A stretch of 64,000 bases of DNA from an uncultured Thermodesulfobacteriota bacterium (GCA_964384945.1 CAYLMK010000001.1:350710-414709), one strand, 5' to 3'. Shown: positions 9,405 through 19,573, counted from the first letter of the stretch. The notes: generated from the sequence alone by a model not told the origin. Translations and numbers: made by a program.

Positions 9405-12400
9405 CTATCCTCCGAAAACCCTCTCCAGCAAATGGGTCGTGTAGGCCCCTCGCACCCGCAGCATGCATGCCTCGAGCACCTCCGCGAGACGGGCCTCGTT
9501 TCCCTCCCGCCCGAACAGCCTCCTCGCCAGTGCCTTCCGTTCCGCGGGATCCCTGGGCAGGCAATGGACCTGTCTGTCCTCGAGCACCTGCAGCGCATGC
9601 TCCACCCTGCGCAAAAAAAGGTAGTCCTGCGAGAGCTGAGCGCCGGTGCGCTCGGGAAGGAGGCCGGCCGCGCGGAGAGCGTCCAAAGCCTCGAGGGTAT
9701 TTCCCGTGAGAAGGCCGGGCCGGGCCGGGCCATGGATGAGCTGAAGCCCCTGGGCGAGGAACTCCACGTCCCGGATCCCCCCTTCGCCGTTCTTGACGTC
9801 CAGCCCGCGTCCCAGCGACCGGGCCGCCTTGCTCACGGCCGCCCGCCGCATCGCCTCGATCGATGCCACCAGGCGATTCGCGTCGCGCCGCTCGAGCAGG
9901 ACGGACCGCATCTCCCCGAGCAGCCGATCTCCGAGTTCCAGATTGCCCGCTATGGGCCGCATCTTCAGGGCCGCCTGAATCTCCCAGAGGGAGGCTTCCC
10001 GCCGGTAGTACTCCATAAGCCCGGAGAGGGAAGGCACCAGGTCGCCCGACTGTCCATGGGGCCGCAGCCGAAGATCGACCCGGTACACATAGCCCGCGTC
10101 GGTATGTCGCGACAGATCGAGGCTCACCCGCTCCATGACCTCTGCATAGAGATGGTTGAAAGCCTCCCCCTGCTGACTTCCCGGGCCCGGCACCGGTTTT
10201 GGGAAGTCGAAGACGCCCACCAGGTCGATGTCCGAGCTGTAGTTGAGTTCGCGGCCTCCGAGCTTTCCGAAGGCCAGGATGCAGAAGTACTTCGACGGAT
10301 CGTCCGTCCCTCCTGGCACCGACCCCTCCTCCAGGACGTCCTTCAGGACCTTGCGGAGGGCCATCCGGACCAACGCCTCGGCCAGCGTCGTCAGATCCAG
10401 CATGACCTCCTGGACCGGCACGCCCAGGGCCATGTCCCGCACGCCGATCCGGAGGATTTCCCTTCTCCACATGCGCCTCAGGACGCCCATCCAGTTCTCG
10501 TGACTCCCCGCTCTCAGGAGGGCTCCTTCCAGTTCCGCCTCGATGTCGGCTCGATTCCGGACGCCGCGCAGATTCTCGGGCAGGATGATCCAGTCGAGAA
10601 ACCCGGGGTAGCGAACCAGCGTGTCGGAGAGGAACTGACTCCCCGCAAAGATGTTCAGAAGGATCTCGAGCCGCATGGGCTGGGAGAGGACCAGGTTGTA
10701 ATGAAACTCGGGGCTGGACCTCACGTGTAGGAAGCGCTCCCAGTTGTTGAGCGCCATGTCCGGGTCGGGCGTCTGGGAAAGGATGTCCGCAGCCAGGAGG
10801 GAAATCTTCGCAAAGGTGTGCCGCCGGGTGCCCTCGCCCGCCAGGCTCCGAAGGTTCGCGCAGGCGCGCTGCGGGTTCAGGAAACCGAGCCTCTCCAGCA
10901 CCTGCCGGGAGAGGTCCTCCGGCACGCTGTCGGCCAGGACGAGATCCGCAACCGTTCCGGTGGCGGGCCCGGGCAGGAAGGTCCGGCCGAAGTGTTTCTC
11001 GGCAAAGGCGCGTACGACCGCCGTGTGCGTCTCGTAGTCGATCTCCAGTTGCCGGGCCGGCCCGAGTGGCCCGCCCTCCCGGTAGCCCATCCGCCTGGCC
11101 AGGTGCGCGAACTCCAGCGATCCCGAAGGGGGCAGAAACACATCCTTTGCAGAGCCCCGCAGCATGCGCATCGAATTGATCAGGTGCCGGAGGAACGCAT
11201 AGGCATCCAGAAGCTGGCCGGTCTCGTCCGGGGTGAGGATGCCCGCATCCGAGAGGGCCGCCAGAGCGCGATGCAGTTCCGGCGTCTTCAGCCTCGGATG
11301 GGCGCTGCCGTGCAGGACTTGGAGAATCTGGACATTGTATTCGAGGTCCACGAGCCCGCCCGGGCTGAACTTGGCGTTCCGTTCGTCCTTATGCGTCTTT
11401 TCGCGATACTGCCTTTCCCGAAGTTCCCGAAGCTCCTCAAGATCGATCGGCCGGGCCCGGTAGAGGATCTCGTCCCGGATTCGCTCCACGCGGGAGCCGA
11501 GGGACGGGCTCCCGCCGATGGCACGCATGCGCACGAGCGCCAGCCGCTCGTACGAGTGGGCCGGCCCGCCGGGGCCGTAATATCGACAGAAGCTTTCCAG
11601 GCTGCACGCCAGCGGACCGGAATCGCCGTGGGGGCGGAGGCGCAGGTCGACCTGAAAGATGCCTTCCCGCTTGGCCCGGATCGATTGCGCGGTCAGCTGA
11701 ACCAGCCGATTGAAGAATTCGGAGTTCTCGATCGACTCCTTCCCGTCGGTCCTTCCCTGGTCTCCGTAGACCAGGAGAAACTCGATGTCCGAGGCATACC
11801 CCAGCGCGGCCCCTCCCAGCTTGCCGAGCCCGAAGACCGCATGCTCGGCCTCCCGGTCGGCCGCGGTCGTGGGCCTGCCGTAGCGGGCCACGAGATGTTC
11901 GTAACAGAACCGCGTTGCGGTCCTGACCACCGTTTCCGCGAGCCGGGTGAGCCGGCCGGCAAGGGCCCTGAAGTCCATCTTGGGGTCGAGGATGTGATCC
12001 AGGTCGATCTGAAAGATCTCCTGATCCTTGAACGCATTCAGCCGATTCCGCCTCTCCTCCAGGTCCCGGGCGCCCCGCAGGGTCTCCTCGAGCCGCTCGG
12101 CAAGACTCTCCTCCGGCAGGCTGAACCGCTTCTCCTTCACGATGGGCTGGAACATGGGCAAGAGGGTCTCGTAGTGGAGGCGGATGAAATCCTCCCACAG
12201 GAACTCGCTTGCGCCGAGCAGGCGTGCCAGATCCCTGAGCGCGTGGGGGTTGGAAAGGGTCTCGAGCCACCGGTCCGGAGCCGGCAGGTCCAGGACATCC
12301 TGCACGAGCTGTTTGAAGCGAAGCAGGGCCGAGTACCGATCCGGGGCCTGCCCCAGGAAACCGGTGAACTGTTTCGTAAGCAGTACCGACAGCTTGATCC

Positions 12401-13226
12401 GACTCAGGGCCTCCGGGTCCTCGATCTTCCTGCCGCCCGCATCCACGACATCGATCTCGTCGGCGATTTCGCCCTCGAGCGTGCGGATCTGAACGTGTTC
12501 GATCGCAATGCCGTGCAGGGAGAATGCCTGGGTCAGGGAATAGAGAAAGGCGGGCGTGTCCCTGCAGACGACCTTGAGCCGGGTGTACTCGCCGCTTCGG
12601 TTGTCGACCTCGATCAGGACCGGCGAGAGAACGGGAGGGCCGTCCGCATGAAGACGGTCCAGTTCCCGAACCACCATTTCATTGACCTGGTGCCGGGCCT
12701 TCTCCGCCGACTGGCTGTCTCCTCTTTCCAGGAGCAGGAAGGCATCCGAAATGCTCTTCTCGATCTCCTGCGCCCACGCCTCGAACCCGGATTCCCGCCG
12801 CCTCGACCCGAAGAAATGATTCACGATCCGCCTTCGGCCCAGCGGATCCGGTCTTCCCGCGAAGGGAGGCTGACCCCCTTGCCATCCCCGGCGTGGGGAC
12901 GCCTGTTCCCTGCGGCGGTACGTGAATACGTCCCCGGAGGATATATGGAAGCCCATCCCGGCCAGGATGCCGGTCATGAGGGAGAAGACCCCCAGATAGT
13001 CGAACCCGAGGACCGTCACGTCCACCTGCCGGTGCCCGGCGTCCCGAAGGATCAGCTCAACCGGATGGTCGGGCCTCAGGCGGGACAAGGCCAGGAGGTG
13101 TTCGCGGATTTCGTGCTCGGAGAAGCGGTCGAAGTACCGCTGGCCCAGACGGTTCAGATGCTCCTCGACCAGCCTCGGGTCGACATCCGGACACCTTTCC
13201 CGCATGGATTCGAGGGTCGGTTTCAT
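9405..13226 (-). CDS. glnE: Glutamine synthetase adenylyltransferase/adenylyl-removing enzyme with extra N-terminal GlnD-like ACT domains
   Basis: Two nucleotidyltransferase modules (GKLGGAALGYASDIEF...DLRLRPHGDSG and GKLGGRELNYSSDIDL...DLRLRPHGQSG), each followed by a K...GG..D+E helix domain; 1273 aa. Confidence 0.9.
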   Translation of the reverse strand: MKPTLESMRERCPDVDPRLVEEHLNRLGQRYFDRFSEHEIREHLLALSRLRPDHPVELILRDAGHRQVDVTVLGFDYLGVFSLMTGILAGMGFHISSGDVFTYRRREQASPRRGWQGGQPPFAGRPDPLGRRRIVNHFFGSRRRESGFEAWAQEIEKSISDAFLLLERGDSQSAEKARHQVNEMVVRELDRLHADGPPVLSPVLIEVDNRSGEYTRLKVVCRDTPAFLYSLTQAFSLHGIAIEHVQIRTLEGEIADEIDVVDAGGRKIEDPEALSRIKLSVLLTKQFTGFLGQAPDRYSALLRFKQLVQDVLDLPAPDRWLETLSNPHALRDLARLLGASEFLWEDFIRLHYETLLPMFQPIVKEKRFSLPEESLAERLEETLRGARDLEERRNRLNAFKDQEIFQIDLDHILDPKMDFRALAGRLTRLAETVVRTATRFCYEHLVARYGRPTTAADREAEHAVFGLGKLGGAALGYASDIEFLLVYGDQGRTDGKESIENSEFFNRLVQLTAQSIRAKREGIFQVDLRLRPHGDSGPLACSLESFCRYYGPGGPAHSYERLALVRMRAIGGSPSLGSRVERIRDEILYRARPIDLEELRELRERQYREKTHKDERNAKFSPGGLVDLEYNVQILQVLHGSAHPRLKTPELHRALAALSDAGILTPDETGQLLDAYAFLRHLINSMRMLRGSAKDVFLPPSGSLEFAHLARRMGYREGGPLGPARQLEIDYETHTAVVRAFAEKHFGRTFLPGPATGTVADLVLADSVPEDLSRQVLERLGFLNPQRACANLRSLAGEGTRRHTFAKISLLAADILSQTPDPDMALNNWERFLHVRSSPEFHYNLVLSQPMRLEILLNIFAGSQFLSDTLVRYPGFLDWIILPENLRGVRNRADIEAELEGALLRAGSHENWMGVLRRMWRREILRIGVRDMALGVPVQEVMLDLTTLAEALVRMALRKVLKDVLEEGSVPGGTDDPSKYFCILAFGKLGGRELNYSSDIDLVGVFDFPKPVPGPGSQQGEAFNHLYAEVMERVSLDLSRHTDAGYVYRVDLRLRPHGQSGDLVPSLSGLMEYYRREASLWEIQAALKMRPIAGNLELGDRLLGEMRSVLLERRDANRLVASIEAMRRAAVSKAARSLGRGLDVKNGEGGIRDVEFLAQGLQLIHGPARPGLLTGNTLEALDALRAAGLLPERTGAQLSQDYLFLRRVEHALQVLEDRQVHCLPRDPAERKALARRLFGREGNEARLAEVLEACMLRVRGAYTTHLLERVFGG

Positions 13227-13416
13227 CTCTGGGCCGTCCGTCGGTGGGTTGCTACGAGGAGAATCCGGGAAGACCCCGCGATCCTGCCCGTCATTCTACC
13301 TGGCCGGGCATGCGGAGACAAACGTAGACATGTCGAGGACGGACAAGATTGTCAGCATTTGGAGAGAAAGGAGGGACTCCAATCTTCAGAGCTATTGCAG
13401 CCGCGCCGCGCGCGCC

Positions 13417-13836
13417 TCATGTAGTTGCCTTTGAAGCGGCGGTTGCTTGCTTTTCCCATCGCTTCTTCTTTTGTTCATCGATATCACCTGGATACATGAC
13501 CGCTTCATGGCCTTTTTCACCCGTGCGGATCCTCACCACATCCTCCACCGGGTAGATAAAGATGAGGCCGTCCCCGGTTTCCCCGGTCCTTGCGGCCTGC
13601 ACGATGGCTTCCAGGGTCTCTTGTAAGTTGTGCTCGCTCAGAATGATGTTGAGCTGAAGCTTGGGAAGCATGTCCACGTGATAGGTTCCAGAGCGGCCAA
13701 CCAGTTCGATGCCGCCTTGCCGTCCCTGTCCCCTGATCTCGAAAACGTTCATCCCCACGATACCGATGGAGCGAAGGGCCTCCTTCACATCCCCGAGCTT
13801 CTCCTCACGTATGATCGCTTCGATTTTTTTCAACAT
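13417..13836 (-). CDS. Divergent P-II family protein with a C-terminal extension
   Basis: KKIEAIIREEKL, GQGRQGGIELVGRSGTYHVDMLPK, TGETGDGLIFIYPVEDVVRIRTGE, plus an extra tail of roughly 25 aa; directly downstream of the second amt. Confidence 0.88.
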   Translation of the reverse strand: MLKKIEAIIREEKLGDVKEALRSIGIVGMNVFEIRGQGRQGGIELVGRSGTYHVDMLPKLQLNIILSEHNLQETLEAIVQAARTGETGDGLIFIYPVEDVVRIRTGEKGHEAVMYPGDIDEQKKKRWEKQATAASKATT

Positions 13837-13908
13837 GGAGCCACCCCACAACCTCAAAGTCTTTCATCGCAACATCTGCGTTCTTTCGTAGATGCTCCGA
13901 TTGACCAT

Positions 13909-13933
13909 CCCTCTCGCCTTTGCCCTTTCACCT
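13909..13933. repeat. Further copy of the heptamer-based intergenic repeat seen at 7075-7227
   Basis: CCCTCTCGCCTTTGCCCTTTCACCT matches 7201-7225 at 23 of 25 positions. Confidence 0.7.
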
Positions 13934-13956
13934 CTCGCCTTGCGGCGCAAGCCGCT

Positions 13957-15183
13957 TCATGAATAGGCACGTTCACCATGAGCGCTGATATCCAGACCCA
14001 CCGCTTCCTCCATGACGCTCACCCTGAGCCCGATGCTCCAGTCCAGCACCTTGGCCACGGCGAACGTCACCCCGAACGTGAAGACGATGGTCACGAGAAC
14101 GGCAAGAATCTGGACGCCGAATTGGCCCGGGTTTCCGAAGAAGAACCCGTTGTTCCCTCCACCGTTCACCTCAAGGGTGGCAAACAGGCCCGCCGCCAGT
14201 ACACCCCACGTGCTGGACATTCCGTGGCAGGCCCAGACGTCCAGGGACTCGTCCAGACCGCGCCGCGCACGGAAACGGATGGCGTAGTAGCCGATGGGAG
14301 CGGCAACCGCACCGATGATCATGGCTGCCATCGGCGTAACGAAACCCGAGGCCGGCGTCACGGCAGCCAGGCCCACGACAAAACCGGTAGCCATCCCCAG
14401 TGTGCTGGGCCGGCCGTCCAGCCAGCTCAGAAGCATCCAGACGAGCCCGGCCGCGGCCGCAGAGGTATTGGTGGTCAGCAGTGCATTGGTGGCCACACCG
14501 TTGGCCGCCAGTGCGCTCCCTGCGTTGAATCCGAACCAGCCCACCCACAGCAGCCCTGCGCCGAGGACGGTGTATGGGATATTGCTAGGCTCCATGCTTG
14601 CTTTCCCAAAACCCCGACGGGGACCCACGGCCAGAGCGAAGGCCAGCGCAGAGAACCCTGCCGCAATGTGAACCACGGTTCCACCCGCGAAGTCCAGAAC
14701 CCCCATCGCGGCAAGCCAGCCCCCCTTTCCCCAAACCCAATGGCACAAGGGGTCATAAACGAGCGTTGCCCACACGAGGCTGAACAGAAGGAAGCTCTTG
14801 AAACGCGTCCGCTCCACAAAGGCGCCCGTAATCAGGGCCGGCGTGATGACAGCGAACATCATTTGAAACGCTGCAAAAGCCTGATGGGGAATGGTGGTGC
14901 CGTAGTCCGGGCTGGGGGCGCCTCCCACCCCCTTGAACCCGAGGAAGGTCAGGCCGCCGATCAGGCCGCCGATGTCCTCCCCAAAGGCAAGCGAGTAGCC
15001 GTAAAGGACCCACTGCACCCCGATCAGGGCCATGAAAATGTAACTGAGGGTCAATGTGGACAGGATGTTCTTACGGCGAACCATTCCCCCATAGAAAAAA
15101 GCCAGGGCAGGGGTCATCATGAGAACGAGTGCGCAGCTCACCAAGACCCATGCGGTGTCTCCGCTATTGATTTGACCGGCCAT
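13957..15183 (-). CDS. amtB: Ammonium transporter (Amt family), copy 2
   Basis: GDTAWVL, FFYGGMVRRKN, FQMMFAVITPAL, LDFAGGTVVH, GWFGFNAGS, LDESLDVWACHG; both His conserved; no signal peptide. Confidence 0.95.
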   Translation of the reverse strand: MAGQINSGDTAWVLVSCALVLMMTPALAFFYGGMVRRKNILSTLTLSYIFMALIGVQWVLYGYSLAFGEDIGGLIGGLTFLGFKGVGGAPSPDYGTTIPHQAFAAFQMMFAVITPALITGAFVERTRFKSFLLFSLVWATLVYDPLCHWVWGKGGWLAAMGVLDFAGGTVVHIAAGFSALAFALAVGPRRGFGKASMEPSNIPYTVLGAGLLWVGWFGFNAGSALAANGVATNALLTTNTSAAAAGLVWMLLSWLDGRPSTLGMATGFVVGLAAVTPASGFVTPMAAMIIGAVAAPIGYYAIRFRARRGLDESLDVWACHGMSSTWGVLAAGLFATLEVNGGGNNGFFFGNPGQFGVQILAVLVTIVFTFGVTFAVAKVLDWSIGLRVSVMEEAVGLDISAHGERAYS

Positions 15184-15255
15184 ACTCCCCCCCCAAAAAA
15201 AGGAAACGTCCCATCTCTTGAGAAGCCGTGTCGGACATCCATCTGCGGTTGTACG

Positions 15256-15282
15256 GGGGCCAGGGCCCTGATCCCTGGCCCC
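15256..15282. terminator. 10-bp GC stem-loop between glnA and amtB2 (attenuator or RNA-stabilising hairpin rather than a classic terminator)
   Basis: GGGGCCAGGG-7nt-CCCTGGCCCC perfect stem 12 nt after the glnA stop; no U-tract follows on the coding strand. Confidence 0.5.
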
Positions 15283-15294
15283 TGATCCCTTGGG

Positions 15295-16719
15295 TTAGGC
15301 GTCGTAATACAAGGCAAATTCCCAGGGGTGGGGACGAAGGTCGAGGGCCTGCACTTCGTTCTTCATCTTGTAGGAGATCCAGGTCTCGATCACATCCTCG
15401 GTGAAGACATCCCCCTTCAAAAGGTAGGCATTGTCGGCTTCCAGCGCCTTGAGCACTTCCCGCAGGCTTCCGGGCGTCTGCGGGACCTTGGCAAGTTCCT
15501 CCGGAGGAAGGTCGTAGATGTCCTTGTCGAGCGGTTCGCCGGGGTCGATCTTGTTCTGGATGCCGTCGAGTACGGCCATCAGCATGGCGGAGAAGGCGAT
15601 GTACGGGTTGCAGGTCGGGTCCGGACACCGGAATTCGAGGCGCTTCGACTTGGGCGAGGTCGAGTACATCGGAATCCGGATGGCCGCACTCCGGTTGCGC
15701 CGCGAGTAGGCCAGGTTCACCGGCGCCTCGAACCCCGGGACGAGCCGCTTGTAGCTGTTCGTGGTCGGGTTCGTGAAGGCGAGCAGCGAAGGCGCGTGCT
15801 TGAGCAGGCCGCCGATGGCGTAAAGCGCCATGTCCGAAAGACCCGCGTACTTGTCGCCTGCAAACAGGTTCGCCCCCTTCTTCCACAGGGAGATGTGCGT
15901 GTGCATTCCGCTCCCGTTGTCGTTGAAGAGCGGCTTGGGCATGAAGGTCACGGTCTTGTTGTGCCTGCGGGCCGTGTTCTTGACCACGTATTTGTACATC
16001 AGAAGCTTGTCCGCCATCTGCACGAGGGGCAGGAAGCGCATATCGATTTCCGCCTGCCCGCCGGTGGCCACCTCATGGTGCTGCGCCTCGACCCAAATGC
16101 CCATCTTCTCCATGGCGAGCACCATCTCGCTGCGGATGTCCTGCTGGCTGTCCGTGGGAGGAACCGGGAAGTAGCCTTCCTTGTATCGGGGCTTGTACCC
16201 CAGGTTGGGATTCTCCACCCGGCCCGAATTCCACCGACCCTCCATGGAATCGATGTGATAGTATCCCTCCCGCTCGTTCTGATCGAAGCGGATGTCGTCG
16301 AAGATGAAGAACTCGGCCTCCGGGCCGTAGTAGGCTGTGTCCGCGAGGCCCAGGCTTTTGAGATAGTTTTCGGCCTTCCGCGCGATGTTCCGTGGATCCC
16401 GGGTGTAGTCCTCGCCCGTAACCGGGTCGCAGATGTTGCAGATCATGGTCAGGGTCTTGTGGGCCAGGAAGGGATCCAGAAAGGCGGTCTCCGGAACGGG
16501 CTTGACGATCATGTCCGACTCGTTGATCGCCTGCCATCCCCGGATGCTCGATCCGTCGAACCCGAGCCCCTCCTCGAAGGTGCTCTCCTCGATCTCTCGC
16601 GGCGGCACGGAGAAATGCTGCCAGAGACCGGGGAAATCCATGAATCGGAGATCCACCATCTCCACGTTTTCCTGTTTGATGAACTTCACTACATCCGCCG
16701 GGGTTTTGAACTCGCTCAT
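15295..16719 (-). CDS. glnA: Glutamine synthetase type I (GSI-beta, adenylylatable)
   Basis: [59 protein letters not shown]; adenylylation-site Tyr in DKDIYDLP. Confidence 0.97.
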   Translation of the reverse strand: MSEFKTPADVVKFIKQENVEMVDLRFMDFPGLWQHFSVPPREIEESTFEEGLGFDGSSIRGWQAINESDMIVKPVPETAFLDPFLAHKTLTMICNICDPVTGEDYTRDPRNIARKAENYLKSLGLADTAYYGPEAEFFIFDDIRFDQNEREGYYHIDSMEGRWNSGRVENPNLGYKPRYKEGYFPVPPTDSQQDIRSEMVLAMEKMGIWVEAQHHEVATGGQAEIDMRFLPLVQMADKLLMYKYVVKNTARRHNKTVTFMPKPLFNDNGSGMHTHISLWKKGANLFAGDKYAGLSDMALYAIGGLLKHAPSLLAFTNPTTNSYKRLVPGFEAPVNLAYSRRNRSAAIRIPMYSTSPKSKRLEFRCPDPTCNPYIAFSAMLMAVLDGIQNKIDPGEPLDKDIYDLPPEELAKVPQTPGSLREVLKALEADNAYLLKGDVFTEDVIETWISYKMKNEVQALDLRPHPWEFALYYDA

Positions 16720-16830
16720 CTTGCTTGCTCCTCCATTTCATCGAGTGGCACCGGCCCAGGACCCTCTGCCCTGATCCGTTGTTTTTCCAGGGGGAGGTTC
16801 TCCGCCAACCTGGCCCCCACCCCAGCCAAT

Positions 16831-16846
16831 GGCAATAACCGTGCCA
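16831..16846 (-). promoter_or_regulatory. Sigma-54 (-24/-12) promoter of glnA
   Basis: Minus strand reads TGGCAC-GGTTA-TTGCC, a full match to TGGCAC-N5-TTGC, about 110 nt upstream of the glnA ATG. Confidence 0.88.
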
Positions 16847-16922
16847 GGCGGGCGTTTTCAATTCTCGTATTCAAACCGGCTGGTTCGTGGGGAAAGGGGC
16901 ATTTTCGCGTACGTTACGAAAT

Positions 16923-16967
16923 CGACATAAATGTCGTATTTCTCTCTATCTCTAGACAACAATGTCG
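16923..16967. promoter_or_regulatory. Tandem enhancer-like palindromes upstream of the glnA promoter
   Basis: CGACAT-AA-ATGTCG (16923-16936, perfect) and AGACAA-CA-ATGTCG (16954-16967, 10/12), 31 bp apart, centred near -109 and -140 from the inferred start site. Confidence 0.65.
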
Positions 16968-19573
16968 CTTCCTCCCGGTCCGTTTCTCAGCACCTTCCCC
17001 AGGGCCTCTCCGATGCCGGCCGCCGCGGCCGCTCCGTCGAGCTTCTGCCCCGCCTCATCGCGGACGTAGAAGATGTCCACCACCTGGTCCACGTTTGTCG
17101 CGATCTTGGCGAGCACGACGTTCAGGTTCATGCGGAACAGGGCGTTCGTGATCTTGTAGAGCAGCCCCGGGTAGTCGTGCGTATGAACCTCCACGATCGT
17201 GAAGAAACCGGAACTCTCGTTGTCCACGACCACCCTGTCCGGCCTCCGCGGGCCGGCCTTGCGGCTCCTCCTGCAGGACAGGAGCTTCTCTCGCAGCGCA
17301 TCCTCGAGGACGAGCGAGCCGGCAAGGGCGGCGTGCAGATCGCTGCGCACCTTGCGCCAAACTTGATCCTCGCGGAGGCTGTCGGGGGGCGGCCGCACCG
17401 TGAAGACATCGAGGGCGATCCGGTTCCGCCAGGTGTAGATATTGGCGTTCAGGATGTCCAGGTTGTTCAGGGTGAAGACCCCGGAAAAGGTCGCGAAAAG
17501 ACCGGGCCGGTCCCTGGCGCACACGGTGACCGTCCGAAAGTCTCCTTCCGAGGGAGGACCGGGGTCGATCACGAAGGGGGCGTCGCCGAGCATCTGAAAG
17601 AGCTCCAGGTGGCGAACAATGTCGCCGGCCCTCGTATACAGCAGATACCGGGGGGACATGTTCTCGAAGAGGGTCTCCACCTTCTCCCGGTCCATGAAAC
17701 GAGCCTCCCGGAACACCTCCGCCCTCTTCTTCTCCACGATCTCCTCCGAGGTCCTCGTGGCCAGTTCCCCGCCCCGCAGGATGAGGTGGGCCTTGAAGAA
17801 GAGCTCCCGGAGAAGCGCCTCGGTCCAGGAGTTCCAAGCCTTGGGGCCTGTCGCGATGCAGTCGGCCACGGTCAGGAGATAGAGCATCCGAAGACGATCG
17901 ACATCCCGGAATTTTCTCGCGAACTGCACCACGAGCTTCTCGTCCTGAAGGTCGCGCTGGGTGGCCGTCTTGACCATGGACAGATGCTCCCGGACCAGGA
18001 AGCAGACCGTATCGATGTCGTCGGCGGAAAGACCCATCCGTTCCAATACCGTCCTGGCAATCTCGGCGCCCTGCTCGGAATGGTCCCGGCCCGGAACCCC
18101 CTTGCCCACGTCGTGCAAAAGGGCCGCCCACAGGACAAGCTCCGGTCTGTCCATTTCCCGGAAGAGCTGGGCGTAGAGCGGGCCGCCCTGCCCGGAGGCC
18201 GGATCCGCCAGGCCCTTGAGGATCCGCACGGCCAGAAGGGAATGCTTGTCGACCGGATGCACATGGTATTCGTCGTACTGAATCCGATGGACGATGGGCG
18301 CCATCTCCGGCAGCAAGGCGATCAGGATTCCCGTGTTGAGCATTTCGTTGAGTGCGTTGAAGATTTGCGGCGGCGCAACGAGGATCCGCTGTATCGAATG
18401 AACCACGGCGGCCGAGTTTCGATACGCCTCATCGATCATCGGGAGGCACCTGCGCACGAGACGGGCGGCCTCGATCGACAGGGGCACGCCCAAGAGCGCA
18501 CTTTGCTCGAAGATCCTTATCAGCAGGAGGGGATTGGCGCGCACGGCCTCCGGAGACTCGAAATGCAGGGCATCCCGGTGGACCCGCAGCCCCGGGATGC
18601 GCAGGCGGGCCAGGATCTTCCTGGGGTACGGCTTTTCCCCCCGGGGCATTGCCTTGTTCAGGAAGCTTCGATGCAGATGCTTGACGAACTCCATATGGCC
18701 GTGGATCTCCCCCAGGAACCGCTCCACGGCCTGCTGTCCCCGGGCAGGCTCGAACCCCATATCCCGGGCCAGCTGGACCTGGTGCTCGAAGTAGAGCTGG
18801 TCGCACTTCCTGCCCGTGATCATGTGCAGCCGGTTTCTCACAACCCAGAGAAAGGAAACGGCCCGGAGGAGGCCTTGCATCTCTTCCGGGGCGAGATGCC
18901 CCGCTTCCACGAGTTCGTCCGCCTCCTTCAGACGGTACTTGCACCAGGCGATCCAGCGGATCGAATGATAATCCCTCAGGCCTCCCAGTCCCTCCTTCAG
19001 GTTGGGTTCCAGGAGGTACGCGGAGTCACCGTAGTGGGCATGCCGCCGTTGGATCGTCTCTGCGAGCCGGCCAAGAAGCGCGCGGCCGCGCCTTCGCACC
19101 AGCCTGTCCTGGGCCTCTGCCATGAGGTCCGAATAAAGCGAGGAGATTCCGCAGAGAAAACGCGCGTCGATCATGGAGGTGAAGACCTCGAAATCCTCGG
19201 CGGCAAGTCGCGTGCATTCGCGTAACGATCGGGTACTGTGGCCGACATCCAGGCCGATGTCCCAGAGGGGATAGAAGATCTCCTGAATGAGTTCGTTGGC
19301 CTCCGGGGGCACCCGCTTGCCGAACAGCAGGAGAACGTCCACGTCCGAGTGCAGGCATTGCTCTTTTCTCCCGTAGCCGCCCAGGGCGACGAGCGCGCAG
19401 GGGTTCTTTTCCATGTGCATGCGAGGGCCCACCGAGCTCCTGGCGAAGCTTTCCTGGAAATACTCGTCCAGCATCCCCGTGTGCTCCTCGACGAACCCGG
19501 GTGCCTCCCCTTTCCGGAAGCGCAATACGAGCGCTCTTCGCTTTTCCTGCAGCGCAAGGACGGGGGACTTCAT
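16952..19573 (-). CDS. glnD: [Protein-PII] uridylyltransferase / uridylyl-removing enzyme
   Basis: GGYGRKEQCLHSDVDVL NTase motif, EPNLKEGLGGLRD, HD domain (LLHDVGKG), two C-terminal ACT domains; 873 aa. Confidence 0.95.
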   Translation of the reverse strand: MKSPVLALQEKRRALVLRFRKGEAPGFVEEHTGMLDEYFQESFARSSVGPRMHMEKNPCALVALGGYGRKEQCLHSDVDVLLLFGKRVPPEANELIQEIFYPLWDIGLDVGHSTRSLRECTRLAAEDFEVFTSMIDARFLCGISSLYSDLMAEAQDRLVRRRGRALLGRLAETIQRRHAHYGDSAYLLEPNLKEGLGGLRDYHSIRWIAWCKYRLKEADELVEAGHLAPEEMQGLLRAVSFLWVVRNRLHMITGRKCDQLYFEHQVQLARDMGFEPARGQQAVERFLGEIHGHMEFVKHLHRSFLNKAMPRGEKPYPRKILARLRIPGLRVHRDALHFESPEAVRANPLLLIRIFEQSALLGVPLSIEAARLVRRCLPMIDEAYRNSAAVVHSIQRILVAPPQIFNALNEMLNTGILIALLPEMAPIVHRIQYDEYHVHPVDKHSLLAVRILKGLADPASGQGGPLYAQLFREMDRPELVLWAALLHDVGKGVPGRDHSEQGAEIARTVLERMGLSADDIDTVCFLVREHLSMVKTATQRDLQDEKLVVQFARKFRDVDRLRMLYLLTVADCIATGPKAWNSWTEALLRELFFKAHLILRGGELATRTSEEIVEKKRAEVFREARFMDREKVETLFENMSPRYLLYTRAGDIVRHLELFQMLGDAPFVIDPGPPSEGDFRTVTVCARDRPGLFATFSGVFTLNNLDILNANIYTWRNRIALDVFTVRPPPDSLREDQVWRKVRSDLHAALAGSLVLEDALREKLLSCRRSRKAGPRRPDRVVVDNESSGFFTIVEVHTHDYPGLLYKITNALFRMNLNVVLAKIATNVDQVVDIFYVRDEAGQKLDGAAAAAGIGEALGKVLRNGPGGSDIVV

